In this document: positions 37,811 through 48,600 of the stretch, piece by piece
How the letters are laid out: each line of letters begins with the position of its first letter
Numbering within the stretch: position 1 is the first letter of the stretch
NCBI GenBank assembly: GCA_017499595.2
Contig: CM039009.1
Location: 1,550,001 to 1,614,000 of the forward strand
Direction: 5' to 3'
DNA: 64,000 nt
Origin: Psilocybe cubensis
Lineage: Eukaryota
Translations under genes and position numbers: made by a program
The notes under the pieces: generated by a model
Told to the model about the DNA's origin: nothing
The model's input: only the letters and a program-made list of their open reading frames with translations
The model's database searches: none

Positions 37811-38123
37811 CAGGTAGTTTAGTTAGTTGAATACAATATAACATTGCTTTTATAAAACTCAAAGTTTTTTATTTTTCACTTAAGTGCATTATTCAACCAA
37901 CAAGTAAAGCAAAATCAAAATATCTTTATAAACAGAGACATTAAACATTATAAAGACATATACAGCGGATATACTATGTGAGCCAAATGTAGAAGATTAG
38001 GTGATTGGTCAAAAAAAAAACTCCAAGTAGACATGCCCAAAGAAACAAGAAGGGAAGACTAAGGAAATATAACACATGAAAAGAAAAGAGGTACAATACA
38101 TAAAAAACACACCCAACCTGTCA

Positions 38124-40564
38124 TTACTTTTTAGCTGCCCTTCCTCTGGGTTTTTTGGGGGAAGGTGGTGTCTCTGGCTCCTTGGCTACTTTGCGCTTTC
38201 CGCTCCTTGCAGCACGAGTCCTCTTAGCCATATTGGACACCTTGGGGTCCACCTTTTTCTTCCCTTTTTGCTTTGCCTTTCCTTTCGCCTTCTCAGTAGG
38301 AGCCTCATCATTGCTTGGTTCCGGGAATGACAGATCAGAAGATCTACCATCCTCATTGACCTTGTCCATCTCAACATCTTTTGGTAGGTGCTGAGGCTGA
38401 GGCTCAGACTTTGAAGCTGGAGCTGGGTGAATGGGTGTTGGAGGATCTTTATGGCCCAGATTCGGCGGCAAGTTGGATCCCGCGGTTGATCCAACTTGGC
38501 GATTTTGACGCAGTGGTGACATGGGGCCCGGCGGTGATGGAGGTGCCGGCAATCCAACTTCACGATTTTGAAGTGGTGGCAACATTGGCTCAGGAGGCGG
38601 CAGAGGTAGAGACTATGCTGGGTTGGAAGATGCCAGTGACAAAAAGCGAGGTGGAGCCGGGGAAGCAGGAGGCGGGGAAGCAGGAGGTGGTGAAGCAGGA
38701 AGAGGCAAAGCAGGAGGCGGAAAAGCAGAAGCAGGAGCAGGGGAAGCAGGAGGGCGGGGAGTAGGTAATGCTGAGTATGAGGGTTGAGCAGAATTGAAGT
38801 AGCTGGGAGAGTGGATAGACTTACCATGTTTGTCCTGCCTCCTGTGATCCAACTTTGACTCTATACTCTTCATTACCTTCTCCATCGACTCCATTTGAGC
38901 TTTCTGAGAGGCAGAAAGCTGAGTCAAACTAGTGACTCTGGCATGGAGTAAGGTGAGGCTGCTATGGAGTGCAGCATTCTCCTTGGCAACCTCCCCAACC
39001 CTGGTGTAGAGTTGCACCAGCAACTCCCCAATGTCCTTCGGCACTGGCAGTTCTCTCCTCTTTCCTTTACCTGGCAGATCCGATCCCTCCGTCTTTTTGG
39101 CACACAAGATATCCGCGTACTCCACAGTCGGAGTTGTCAACGCCATCCCAGGCGGCTTCACAGATTGTCCCGGGAACAAGTCACACTTGGTCTTGTTGCG
39201 ACGGCACAAGACACAAGCCCGAGAGTACTGAGGGATCGACTTTGACCCCTCAGTGGCAAACCCAACAATGGTTTGCCCCCTTTCCATCTTGCATTGTCTC
39301 TTGCGTGCTTGGCAGGCTTTGCAGGCAGGAGAGACAGTGATGACGTTTTTCTTGAGGTTGTCTGCCTCTGAGCGACAGTGTGCCTTCTTGAGAGGAGCCT
39401 TGTTGTCTTTTCCTTCCTCCTCGCTATCCTCACCCTCACCCTTACCCTCACCTTCATCCTCACTTCAGTCCGTGTCCGTCCCAATGGTGGACTTTGACTT
39501 GGAAGCAGGCTTCTTCCTGCTGCTGCTAGCCTTCGGCGGAGCAGACATCTCCAGCTTTGCGGGTGTCTTTTGGGCTGATCTTCGGGCCCGCGGCTCGCTT
39601 TCACTCCCGAAGACAGCTAATGTAGGGGGTGGGGCTTTGCCTTTGCCCTTGTCAACCTTTGCAGGGAGCGCGGTTTCGGCTCCGGAGTCCTCCGCACTGG
39701 ACTCCACCATTGGCTTGGATTTCTTCTCCGTCCTCCTGCTTGGTTTTTTGGTCTCTCTCTCCTTCTTCTCCTTCTTCTTCTCCTTCTCCTTCTCCTTCTC
39801 CTTCTCCTTCTCCTTCTCCTTCTCCTTCTTCTTCTTCTTCTCCTTCTCCTTCTCCTTCTCCTTCTCCTTCTCCTTCTCCTTCTCCTTCTCCTTCTCCTTC
39901 TCCTTCTCCTTCTCCTTCTCCTTCTCCTTCTCCTTCTCCTTCTCCTTCTCCTTCTCCTTCTCCTTCTCCTTCTCCTTCTCCTTCTCCTTCTCCTTCTCCT
40001 TCTCCTTCTCCTTCTCCTTCTCCTTCTCCTTCTCCTTCTCCTTCTCCTTCTCCTTCTCCTTCTCCCTCTTTCTCTCCCTCTCCTTCTCCTCCCTCTCCCT
40101 CTTTTGCTTCTCCTGCTCTCTTTCCCTCTCCTTCTCCTCAATCTCATTGCCCTTGTTTTTACTCTTTCCCTCTTTTTCCTTTTGCTTTTTGCTGTCCCTT
40201 GCGTATTTGTCAAAATTTTCCATTTGCTTGCAAAGCTCTGCAAAGTCAACGACAAATTCGTGAATGGTTCGACCTTTGTTGTCAGAAACGTCGCGGCATG
40301 CCTTGTTAATGATGGGGCCAATATAATCAAAAAGCTGATAGGCTTTGGGATTGCGAGTGTGGAGGAGGAACACCTTGGCCTATTGAGGATGTAACGATGT
40401 AAGTTATGTTTTTCTATGATGTGGAGTCTGTTACTTACCAGCTCTGTCCACAACACCTCAACTCTTGACCCAAAAATCTTCTCGCCAGCATCAATGGAGG
40501 AACGAGCCATGTTTTGCCAATGTTCAACATCGGTCTTGAGGGATGCGGAGGAGGTGGAAGCCAT
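38124..40564 (-). pseudogene. KDZ cargo gene: EK-repeat, Zn2Cys6-like cluster, coiled coil and Pro-rich tail; 2 exons, two nonsense codons
   Basis: Exon 40564-40439, intron GTAAGT...CAATAG, exon 40379-38124. ORFs 39465-40373, 38613-39287 and 38124-38585 share one frame, separated only by TGA (39465-39467) and TAG (38613-38615). Read-through gives CKACQARKRQC-x25-CVLCRRNKTKC. Confidence 0.8.
39770..40065 (-). repeat. (GAGAAG)n hexamer microsatellite encoding (EK)n
   Basis: About 290 bp of near-perfect CTCCTT repeats on the plus strand, with one CTT interruption near 39828-39840. Confidence 0.97.
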
Positions 40565-40790
40565 GGTATGGATCGAAGGTCACATGATGAGTTCAAAAGT
40601 CGCGTGGATAAGAGGAGAGATGTGTAGACAAAGCGCGTAGATTGAGTGGAAGTGTCAAGGTTAGAAGTAAAAAAAAAGTCCGAAGTCCAAAATTGAACAT
40701 GTCCAAAATTGGACTTCAACACAAACAAGTGCAATCATAAGTCAAGTGATTGCGCAACAACTGATTCAGCAAAAATGTGCTAAGTTTGCA

Positions 40791-40998
40791 TTCACACAGC
40801 ATGCATTGCTCCGATCAGGTAAGCATATTTCACAGAGCACAGTGTTCCGCAACAACATTTCACGGGACGGTAGCCATGCTCCAATATATAATCGTTCACA
40901 CGGCATGCATTGCTTCAATCAGGTGAGCATATTTTACGGAGCACAGTGTTTCGCGACAACATTTCACGGGACGGTAGTCATGCTCTGATATATAATCA
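40791..40998. repeat. 104-bp tandem duplication in a divergent intergenic region of the KDZ element
   Basis: Units 40791-40894 and 40895-40998: TTCACAC.GCATGCATTGCT....TCAGGT.AGCATATTT.AC.GAGCACAGTGTT.CGC.ACAACATTTCACGGGACGGTAG.CATGCT...ATATATAATC. Confidence 0.9.
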
Positions 40999-41183
40999 AC
41001 CTGGCTAGTTTAAATTGGGATTGGGATGCCTACTTCTTCCCCTCATAAACTTGTCATTGATACCACCTCTCTAGACAGGCTTACTTACTTACTCGAACAA
41101 CTGAAAAAGCCTCCACCAAGAAAGATAAGTAAATTATTGTATTGCAATTTTCCTGACTGGTAGTAAAGACCCTTGCAGTTACA

Positions 41184-42520
41184 ATGCCCACACAAGCAAA
41201 CCCGAACAGCTCAGATCATGGACAACACACAATGTACGCCATTGATCCTAATAATTTTCCCGAAATATTACCCCCTTCTGCTACAAGTAAAATGTTCTTT
41301 TCATAATATATGATAGACTCTCACCTATCCACAGATGCATCCGATGAGGAGAGTTCGGGAAGTGATGAATCTTCCGATGATGTTTTGGAAAGTAATGATT
41401 CCCCCGATGATGGTTTGGGTCACAACAAATCCTCCAGTAACGGTTTGGGAGATGATGAATCTTCCAACAACGGATCCAAATCTGCCAATGAACCAACTAT
41501 ACCTTTGAATGATAAGGGCAAAGGAAAGCAAAAAGTCAACCTTGCAGTAAATGATAACTCTTTTGTTCCACCCCCAGATTTTGGTAAGTCTTGACAACAC
41601 CTTTGAATGGATCTGCTGAAAATATGCTGAATATGAAGATTCCAATTCTGAGAGAGACTTGTCCTCTCCTATTGAAGAGGTACAGACACACCTGGCTGTA
41701 AATGATTCTTCATTTGTGCCTCCTCCCCCACCCTTGGGCAAGTTAACTTTACTTTGTTAAGTAATTTCTCTGACTGCATCTCTGAATTCTTCTAGATGTT
41801 ATTGATTTAGATTCCTCCAGTGAGGATGCTCAATCCATTGTGGAAATGCAAACTTCCCGATGTTTGGCTCAGTTGCTTGCGCCAAAGCCTTCGGCAACCA
41901 TCTCCTCCGCCATAGTGGTGGAGTTCTCTTCCACCAAACTGCATATCAATGTGCCTACCGCGGAAGAAACTCCCATTGTTCTAGCCATTACTCCCATTAT
42001 TTCCTACACATCTGTTGTAGATTCTATTATCCTCGAGTCTCGTCCTATGGTATCAACTAAGAGAAAGGGTGGATGCTACTCCCCACCACCTGAGGCATGC
42101 CATCTTCTGCTTTGAAATCCCTATTTCAGGACATATGGTAGATCCGACCCCATGGGAAGCTATCCAAGCAGTGACCCTCCAACAGCCAAGGAAATTGAGT
42201 TTGATAAGATAAAGGAAAGGACAAGCTACTTTAATCCGCCCTTCTTTTATGTATATTCTAATCTTTTATTAATTGCAAGAAATCTGATTTGTATTTTCTA
42301 GAACTATACAGAGCAGCAGCTTCATCAAAGTCATTACAAGATTAAGCATACAAAGCTGGAAGATAATAGCTATCTCAACAAAGCTACTACTCTAAAGAAT
42401 CTCACCCTCAATCAGCTGCAAACTCAAATTCTGCACAGCAATGCTTTGAGCAAGATTGACGATGGAATAGCTATTGTAGAGAATGATCTGGAATCATTGA
42501 TAAAGTATAACCCCGCGTAG
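41184..42520 (+). CDS. Putative multi-exon KDZ cargo gene: acidic D/S-rich N-terminus, helical C-terminus (exon model tentative)
   Basis: ATG at 41184 and several GT/GC-AG intron-like segments. DASDEESSGSDESSDD...; repeated peptide LAVND(N/S)SFVPPP; last exon YLNKATTLKNLTLNQLQTQ...LESLIKYNPA* ending at 42520. Confidence 0.5.
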
Positions 42521-42569
42521 CAAAATAAATGCATTTTCTGGTTTCTAATTTACAGGAGCAAAATGCTTC

Positions 42570-42683
42570 GGGAAACTACGGAGCCGATATTGGTAAAGCT
42601 ACTTCCCGTCATCAGTTTTGGGGCAAAATACTTTGGGAAACCACGGAGCCGGTGTTGGTAAGGCTGTACTTCCCGTGATTAGT
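42570..42683. repeat. Subterminal direct repeats next to the right KDZ TIR
   Basis: GGGAAAC(T/C)ACGGAGCCG(A/G)T(A/G)TTGGTAA(A/G)GCT..ACTTCCCGT.AT.AGT at 42570 and 42635. Confidence 0.8.
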
Positions 42684-42925
42684 CGGCTCACAAATTTGCC
42701 GTGATGCTTAGACGGGCCAAATATGGTGGCCCGTCATGCCCCTGTGAAAGGGCCATTTATAAATAAATGGCCCATATGGCAAGGGCTAAATTAGCCGTTC
42801 CAGCTGAACCGTAGGGGACGGGCTATTTTTAGTTTAGTACTCATTCTAAATCACTCCATATATTATGTGAATTCATCAATTTTAAATATATCGTAAGGTA
42901 CATAATTATACAACTATCCTATATG
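42681..42925 (-). repeat. KDZ right terminal inverted repeat
   Basis: Reverse complement CATATAGGATAGTTGTATAA...GAGCCGACT matches the left TIR. Confidence 0.92.
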
Positions 42926-42932
42926 GCATTTG

Positions 42933-43533
42933 AAAGTGCTGCCAAGATCCGTGGTTTGGCAGGCTGTGAATAATTCAGTGAACCATTTCATACTCTGTGT
43001 AGGGTACACCCATTTCAATGAGTTTTGTACAACCGCGTTGGAATTTGCTGAGGTAGTTATTGAGATCATTATAGTCCTTGAGTTTCAGAGTGTGCAAGCA
43101 ACCTTTAATGACAAATTGGCTAGCCATGTCCTATTGCACATATAGGGTCTTGATTGCAGCCCAGACCTCATGAGCAGTCTTGTATTTCTTGTATGGGATG
43201 AGGGAGAGTGATACAGGAAAAATGCAATGCTCTATGAGAGAGTGAGCTTTCATATCATTGAAACTTCAAGTATTGTACACGTCTTTTTGTGCCATGGCTG
43301 CACCTTCCAGTGGTACTATAGAAGCCAGTTGCTAAGTGTTGTGGTGTTGTGGATTAGGAGCTCTTAGATTGCCTTCCATATAACCCCACAAGTTATTTGT
43401 TCTCAGGAAAGTGGTCATCCTGCGACACTATGCATCATAGTTTGAGGCGCCAACAAGAAGTTTAATGTCTCCAATTTTTATAGCGCTGCTGCCTCCAGTT
43501 AAAGCGGTTAGAGGGGCGGCCATTATTAATAGT
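42933..43533 (-). pseudogene. Copia-2 gag N-terminal remnant
   Basis: LVGASNYDA*CRRMTTFLRTNNLWGYMEG, a typical Copia gag N-terminus, lying between the LINE and KDZ insertions. Confidence 0.75.
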
Positions 43534-43692
43534 AGCTAAGATTATGGACGTCTCTTGATCCGCGACCACCACCAGCAAAAATCTTCCCACGCTCAACAGC
43601 CAGGGAAGACGAAGGGAAAGTGGACGCAGATCAAGTAGATAACACACTCATAATCATACTCTATCCTCTAAATATTGCACTTAATACGAAAT

Positions 43693-45684
43693 ATGGCTTC
43701 AAAACAGACCACACCAGCAAGAGGAACGAAAGATTCGAGCGGAGGAAGTCCATCGTGCGAGAGAGTGACAACGCGAGCTGGAAATAAGAAAGCGGTGGCA
43801 AACAAATCCGTAAGCACAGTCAAGAGCGCGGAGGATGGCAAGCTTTGGCTCAACGAACGAGGGCTAACAGAGGACGGAGAAACAATCAACACACTTACGA
43901 TGGCGCAGACGCTACGACAAATGGCGAAGTGGGAGAAGATAACGAAAGTGACGTGGGTGGAAGCATTCACAGTGGTCGCATACATACTCGAGGAGACATA
44001 CAGGGAAGAGAGGATACAACAGGTGGTGGACAAGGCAAAGGAGGAGATGGAGAAGATAGCGAAGTCAGCAACGGAGGAGATGGAAAGGATGCGAGAGGGC
44101 TGGCAAAAGAAACTCACCAACACGAGGGGGAGCCGGACGGAACCAACCGTGCAAAATCAAACGGACGACTGGAGCGAAGAGGTCGATAACTTCCTGGAGG
44201 AATGCCAACAGACACAGGACGAGGGGAGAAAAGAGGAACTACGAAGAGGTGAGGGAGGGGAGAAGATACGGGAGGAAACGAGAGGAGGGAGCAGAACATA
44301 TGCAGCAGCAGCAAGGAGCACCACAAGGAGAACGACAGCGTCAACCGAGGAGACAATGAGCTTCGAGGAACGCCTGAGGAGAGAAATACTCGCAAGGGAA
44401 GCAAAGAAAGAGGTGCAGATACTCATCGACGGGTTGGAGACGAAACAAGACGGGAAAGACTTGACCCCCGCCGAAATCGTGGACAAGCTCAACATTGCAT
44501 GGGACATGGCAAGCAAAGACGCGGAGGTAACATTCTTTGACAGTCAGGGCAACCCCTCAAGGATCAAGATCGAGGAGAGCCCAATACGAACAGCGAGGGT
44601 CCTGCGGAATGGCGGAGTGGTGGCCGAGTTCAAAGACAGGGATAGCGTATGGCCCTTGATAAGGGATGGAGAGTTCAGACAGCAATACGAGGGCGCACTC
44701 AACATAACGATCAAGGAGAGGGCATACACACTGCTGGTGGAATTCCTGCCCACCACCCTCAAAGACAGTCTTCTGGAGATCAGGGATGAATTGGAGGAGG
44801 TCAACGGGTTAAAAGCTGGAACAATAAAGAGGCTGAGGTGGATGAGAGATCTGGAAAAGAGCTGGAGAAGCCGACAGAACTTCGCGCATGTAATGCTGAC
44901 GGTCATCGACAGGGACATTGCGAACAAGATAATTCTAGAGGGGCTGATCATACACGGAGCAAGATACAGAACGAGGAAGCTGGAGGACAAGCCGAGGAGG
45001 TGCTACAACTGCCAAGTCCTAGGAGCGGAACACACGGCGGCCTCCTGCAAAGAGAAAGAGGTATGCGCAAACTGCTGCGCGACAGAACACATCATGGCCA
45101 AGTGCGAATATGCAGCAAACAGCGGAAGATCGACGTGCGCAAGCTGCAAGAAAGCGAAGATGGAAGACTGCAACCACCCATCGTGGAGCAGGAACTGCCC
45201 CATCTACATCTATCACCGGAAGAAACTAAGGGACAGACAGCCGGAGAACCACTTCAGGTTCTACCCATGCAAAGTTGACAGAAGCACATGGGAGAGAAAG
45301 ACGGACAGCTACGACGACGAGAGTTTTATTGCGAGATGGGAAGGAGGGGGATACAACGAGAGGAGGAAGACGAGCCTGGAGGAAAGGGCGCAATTCATAC
45401 GACGGCAAACACAAGGGACTGGAGGGCAATGGAAAGGAAACGGAACACAGCAGAGCAGCAGAAAGAGGAGCAGCACGATAGGATCGATAGCGTTGACACA
45501 AAGAACAACAAAGTCGGATGGAGGGGGAGGGAGAAGCGGGACGAGGAGAGTGGAAACGAGAGAAGGCAGGAGAGAGGCAGGGGGAGAAGGGCAGACGAAA
45601 TCCATAACCCAGCAGACCCTACACCAACTCTGGGGAAGCCAAGAAGGACACAGACAAACCGCCCGACAGGGCGCGAGTCAATAA
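43693..45684 (+). CDS. LINE ORF1 (gag-like nucleic-acid-binding protein)
   Basis: Open frame with three Cys/His knuckles: CYNC..HTAASC, CANCCATEHIMAKC, CASC..HPSWSRNCP. Confidence 0.9.
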   Translation: MASKQTTPARGTKDSSGGSPSCERVTTRAGNKKAVANKSVSTVKSAEDGKLWLNERGLTEDGETINTLTMAQTLRQMAKWEKITKVTWVEAFTVVAYILEETYREERIQQVVDKAKEEMEKIAKSATEEMERMREGWQKKLTNTRGSRTEPTVQNQTDDWSEEVDNFLEECQQTQDEGRKEELRRGEGGEKIREETRGGSRTYAAAARSTTRRTTASTEETMSFEERLRREILAREAKKEVQILIDGLETKQDGKDLTPAEIVDKLNIAWDMASKDAEVTFFDSQGNPSRIKIEESPIRTARVLRNGGVVAEFKDRDSVWPLIRDGEFRQQYEGALNITIKERAYTLLVEFLPTTLKDSLLEIRDELEEVNGLKAGTIKRLRWMRDLEKSWRSRQNFAHVMLTVIDRDIANKIILEGLIIHGARYRTRKLEDKPRRCYNCQVLGAEHTAASCKEKEVCANCCATEHIMAKCEYAANSGRSTCASCKKAKMEDCNHPSWSRNCPIYIYHRKKLRDRQPENHFRFYPCKVDRSTWERKTDSYDDESFIARWEGGGYNERRKTSLEERAQFIRRQTQGTGGQWKGNGTQQSSRKRSSTIGSIALTQRTTKSDGGGGRSGTRRVETREGRREAGGEGQTKSITQQTLHQLWGSQEGHRQTARQGASQ

Positions 45685-45685
45685 A

Positions 45686-48600
45686 ATGACGACCGAACAC
45701 CATGAAGACAGAACAGAGGGCTTTAGAATTTGGCAGCAGAACACAAGAAAGTCAAACAAGGCGCAACTAGCCACAATACATACAGCAGGGGAGGATACAC
45801 AATTGATCTGTATACAGGAACCGTATATCGACGCGAGGGGCAACTCGAGAGCCACAAGAGGGTGGCACACCCTATACCCGACAAACAACTTGAGGGAAAG
45901 GGCAGCACGATCACGGGTATTGATGCTGGTCAACGCAAAGATACCGACGAATGACTGGACCCAGATAGACATAGACTCACCGGACGTGGTGGCGGTTCAA
46001 TTCCGAGGGCAGCAGAAGTGGGTCAACGTCATAAACATCTACGTGGATGGGGAACACGACGATGCGTTGAACTAGATTAGGAAATGCATGGAGGGAAGAG
46101 AGAGGGGACGAGAGCAGAGGAGGGAGGAAGCGAGAGTGGAGATGGAAATATGGTTGGGGGACTTCAACAGACACCACCCGATGTGGGAGAGTGAAGAGAA
46201 CAAGAGGCTGTTCACGGCCAATAACTTGCGAAAGGCAGAGCCGCTGCTACGATTACTGGCGGATTACGGTATGGAACAGACATTAGCAAAGGGAACACCA
46301 ACGATCATAAACGCACACAGGAATTACACCAGACCGGATAACGTATTTGTATCGAGTGACCAGGCAGAATGGGTAATCGGATGTCAGACCAGGGAGGAAG
46401 ACATGCCAGCAGCCGACGACCATATACCAATAGTGACGACACTGGAGCTACCAACAAAGCAGGCAAATCACAGGCCAAGAAGGAATTACAGAGCGACAGA
46501 CTGGAAGGCGTTCCGAGAGACGTTAGAGAGGAAGATAGGGGAACGCAGGAGGGATGGGGAAATAGGAAGCAAGGAGGAGCTGGAGAGAGAAGTGGAGGAA
46601 TTGGAGGCGATGATAGTAGAAATAATGGATGCACATGTACCGATGACCAAACCGTCATACTACATGAAGAGATGGTGGACCAAGGAGCTAGACAAGGCGC
46701 GGAAATCAGCCAGCATGGCGAAGGGAAAGGCAAACAGACGGAGGCAGATGCCCGACCACCCAGCACACCAAGACGCAAGACGAGCTCGTAACAGATACAC
46801 CAACCTTATCAAAACAACAAAGAGGAAGCACTGGGAGGAATGGTTAGACAATCTAACAGGGAAAGAGATGTGGAATGCGCAGAAATTTGTAAAGGCAGCG
46901 CCATCAGATGGAGGGAGGACAAGGATTCCGGCACTGAGGATTGAAGACGAGGGAGGAGAGGCGAGGGAAGTGAAGGACAACAAGGAGAAAAGTAGACTGC
47001 TGCACAGAGCATTCTTCTACGAGCCGCCAGCGGACGCGGGGGTTGACGAGCAACAAGAGTACCCAGAACCAGCATTCAAGTTTGAACATATCACGAGGGA
47101 GCAAATCACCAGAATAGCGAAAAGCCTGAACCCATACAAGGCTCCGGGAATCAACGAGATACCAAACGCAGTGCTAGTGCACTGTGCAGAGCTGTTAGCA
47201 CCGAGTCTGGAGAGAATATACCGGGCGACGTTTACACACGACCATTACCCAAGGAAGTGGAAGAAATACACAACAGTAGTGTTGAGGAAGCAGGACAAAC
47301 CAGACTACAAGGTAGCAAGTGCATATCGACCAATAGCGCTGCTGGACGTGTTAGCGAAGCTAATGTCAGCGTGCGTGAAGGAGACGATAGAACACCATGT
47401 GGAGAAGCTGGGGCTGTTGCCGGAGTGACAATTTGGAGGAAGACCGGGATGCACAACAGGCGACTCCTTACATCTGCTGATGAAGTTCACAAAAAATGCA
47501 TGAAGGAGAGGGGAAGAAGTAGCGGTGGTATATATGGACGTCAAAGGGGCTTTCCCAAACACGGTTATACTGGTGCTCGTGCACGACATGAGGATGCGTG
47601 GGGTACCACCTGAGTACACCAGATGGATCACGAACAAGTCCAAAGGCAGGGAGACAGTGATTGCATTCGACGACTTCACGTCGCAGCCAATCGCTGTGCG
47701 GAACGGACTGGATCAAGGTTGTAACCTATCAATGTTGGCATACAGATTCTACAACGCGGGACAGATAGAGAAAGCCAAGCAAGATAAGCGCGAGATCTCA
47801 ACCAATTACGCAGACGATGCATATATGGCTGCAGCGGGAAAGACAATGAGAGAGGCGGTGAGGAGAGTTGAGGAGGCTTTCCACAGGAGCGGGGGCCCCA
47901 GAGATTGGGCAGTCAGCCATTTTTCGGACTACCAGTACGACAAATTTGTCTTTGAGGGCCTGACGAGGAGGAGAATAGTAGACCCAGAGAACCCAAGAAG
48001 AAGAATACCGGAGCCGGCACCAGAAATCAAGCTCGATGGAAGGAACATAAGGGCTAAGACCTTACACAAATTCCTGGGCGTGCTAGTGGACAGCGAACTG
48101 AGATTCAAGCAGCACGCAGCATACGCGATAGCGAAGGGCACAAAGATGGTCAACCAAACAAGACGGCTATCAAAGATGGTGAAAGGGATGAAGGGTGAGT
48201 TTGCCAGGCGAATATACTACGCGAGCGTAGCCTTGAGCATGCTATATGCAGCAGACGTGTGGTGCCCCACAGTGACGGGAATGGGAAAGGGGAAAGCGAG
48301 AGGCATGTCAGGCGTGATGAGGAAGCTGGACAGCGTACAGAGGAGGGCAGCCTTACAAGCAACCGGGGCCTTGCGCACCACACCAACGGACCTGTTATTT
48401 GCACACGCGGACATGCCGCCAACGAGAGAAGTGATTAGAAAGCTGTGCAACGCGGCGGCACTGAGAATGGCCACACTACCGGAGAACCACCCAGTCCACA
48501 CAGAAGTCCAGAAAGCACGGAAGAGCAGGCCCCAGCGACACCCAGCCCCGCTGCATCACGTCATGCACGTCAGTAGAATTTTCAAGAACAGGTTTGAGCA

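Larger units (their letters stand above)
27233..42925. mobile_element. KDZ (Kyakuja-Dileera-Zisupton) DNA transposon carrying TET/JBP and additional genes
   Basis: ~245-bp imperfect TIRs and a 7-bp TSD GCATTTG (27226-27232, 42926-42932). Internal CxC2+KDZ transposase and TET/JBP gene. Confidence 0.92.

Noticed and set aside
39253-40564. Poly-Arg, poly-(Ser-Phe) and poly-(Ser-Pro) ORFs
   Set aside because: These are alternative frames of the (GAGAAG)n microsatellite. Only the EK frame joins exon 1 through a canonical intron and continues into the Cys cluster.
40791-42683. Spaced repeats as a CRISPR-like array
   Set aside because: Only two units each, no unique-spacer series, a eukaryotic context and no cas genes.
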